From assembly GCA_977017645.1 (NCBI GenBank), contig OZ360241.1, positions 70,370,001 to 70,434,000 of the forward strand: DNA of 64,000 nt, in the 5' to 3' direction. The stretch comes from Torpedo marmorata (Eukaryota). The translations under genes and the position numbers were made by a program. Below the pieces are notes generated by a model that had not been told where the DNA came from, searched no databases, and was given only the letters and a program-made list of their open reading frames with translations. Positions 63,280 through 64,000 of this stretch are shown here, in pieces; within the stretch, counting starts at the first letter, position 1; every line of letters starts with the position of its first letter.

Positions 63280-64000
63280 AAGGCAGGCTCTTCGGCCCAT
63301 GATATCTGTGCTGAGCATGATGCCAAATTAAATAAAAATATTTGTTGCTTAAACTTTTTTTAATTTAAATTTAGACATACAGCACGGTAACAGGCCCTTT
63401 CGGCCCACAAGCCTGTGCCGCCCAATTACACCCATTGACCTACAACCCCCGGTACGTTTTGACTTGTTTTGACACTTGACATGTATCCCTCTATTTCCTG
63501 CATATACATATCGTCTACCTAAAAGCCTCTTAAACTACTATCATATCTGCTTCCACCAGTGTCCATGGAAGCTCGTTCCTACCACACTTTGTGTAAAAAA
63601 AACAACTTGCCCCACACATCTCCTTTCAACTTTCCTATCCTCAGCTTAAACATATGTTCTCCAGTATATGACATTTTAACCTTGGTGGGGTGGGGGGGGG
63701 AGTAATTCTGATTATTGACCCTATCTATGCCTCCCATGATTTTATGAACTTCTGTCAGGTCCCCACTCAGCCTTTGCCATTCTAGAGAAAACGTTCCAAG
63801 TTTGTCCAACCTCTCCTTCTCGCTCATACCCTCTAATCCAGGCAGCATCCTTGTGTAACCTTTTATAACCTCTTCTGTAACCTTTGCAAAGTTTCCACAT
63901 CTTTCCTGAGATGGACAACTGGAATTGCACACAATACTCCAAAGGCAGCCTAACTAAAGTTTTATACAGCTTCAACATGCCTTCCCGACTCTTGGACTCA
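63280..64000 (-). mobile_element. CR1 LINE 3' region with nested SINE tail (about 63355-63462)
   Basis: ORFs 63742-63978 (MLKLYKTLVRLPLEYCVQF) and 63579-63932 (TRMLPGLEG...ERLDKLG...GDLTEVHKIM). Confidence 0.9.

Overview
This is eukaryotic, repeat-dense vertebrate DNA. The SINE, LINE and Penelope repertoire (HE1/V-SINE-like tRNA SINEs, Rex1/Babar-like, CR1, L1/Tx1) points to a cartilaginous fish; that assignment is an inference. The only host coding exon I can support is a 61-bp internal exon of a class-6 semaphorin (28106-28166, + strand), so the window appears to be two very large introns of that gene. Almost all long ORFs in the track are decayed retroelement RT or GIY-YIG fragments, or spurious frames in one GC-rich repeat. 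Highlights: (1) a 1.86-kb non-autonomous hAT-type element (TIRs plus 8-bp TSD, splitting a CR1) that has captured exon 1 of the Greatwall/MASTL kinase with its splice donor and flanks; (2) Penelope elements and short derivatives carrying minimal hammerhead-ribozyme-like motifs; (3) a GC-rich, tRNA-less non-autonomous retroposon with a Rex1-type tail, including an apparent local 5'-transduction; (4) an L1 flanked by a ~690-bp direct duplication; (5) several fold-back inverted duplications that copy a TE end together with its flank. All alignments were done by eye, so repeat boundaries are approximate unless TSD or TIR sequences are quoted.
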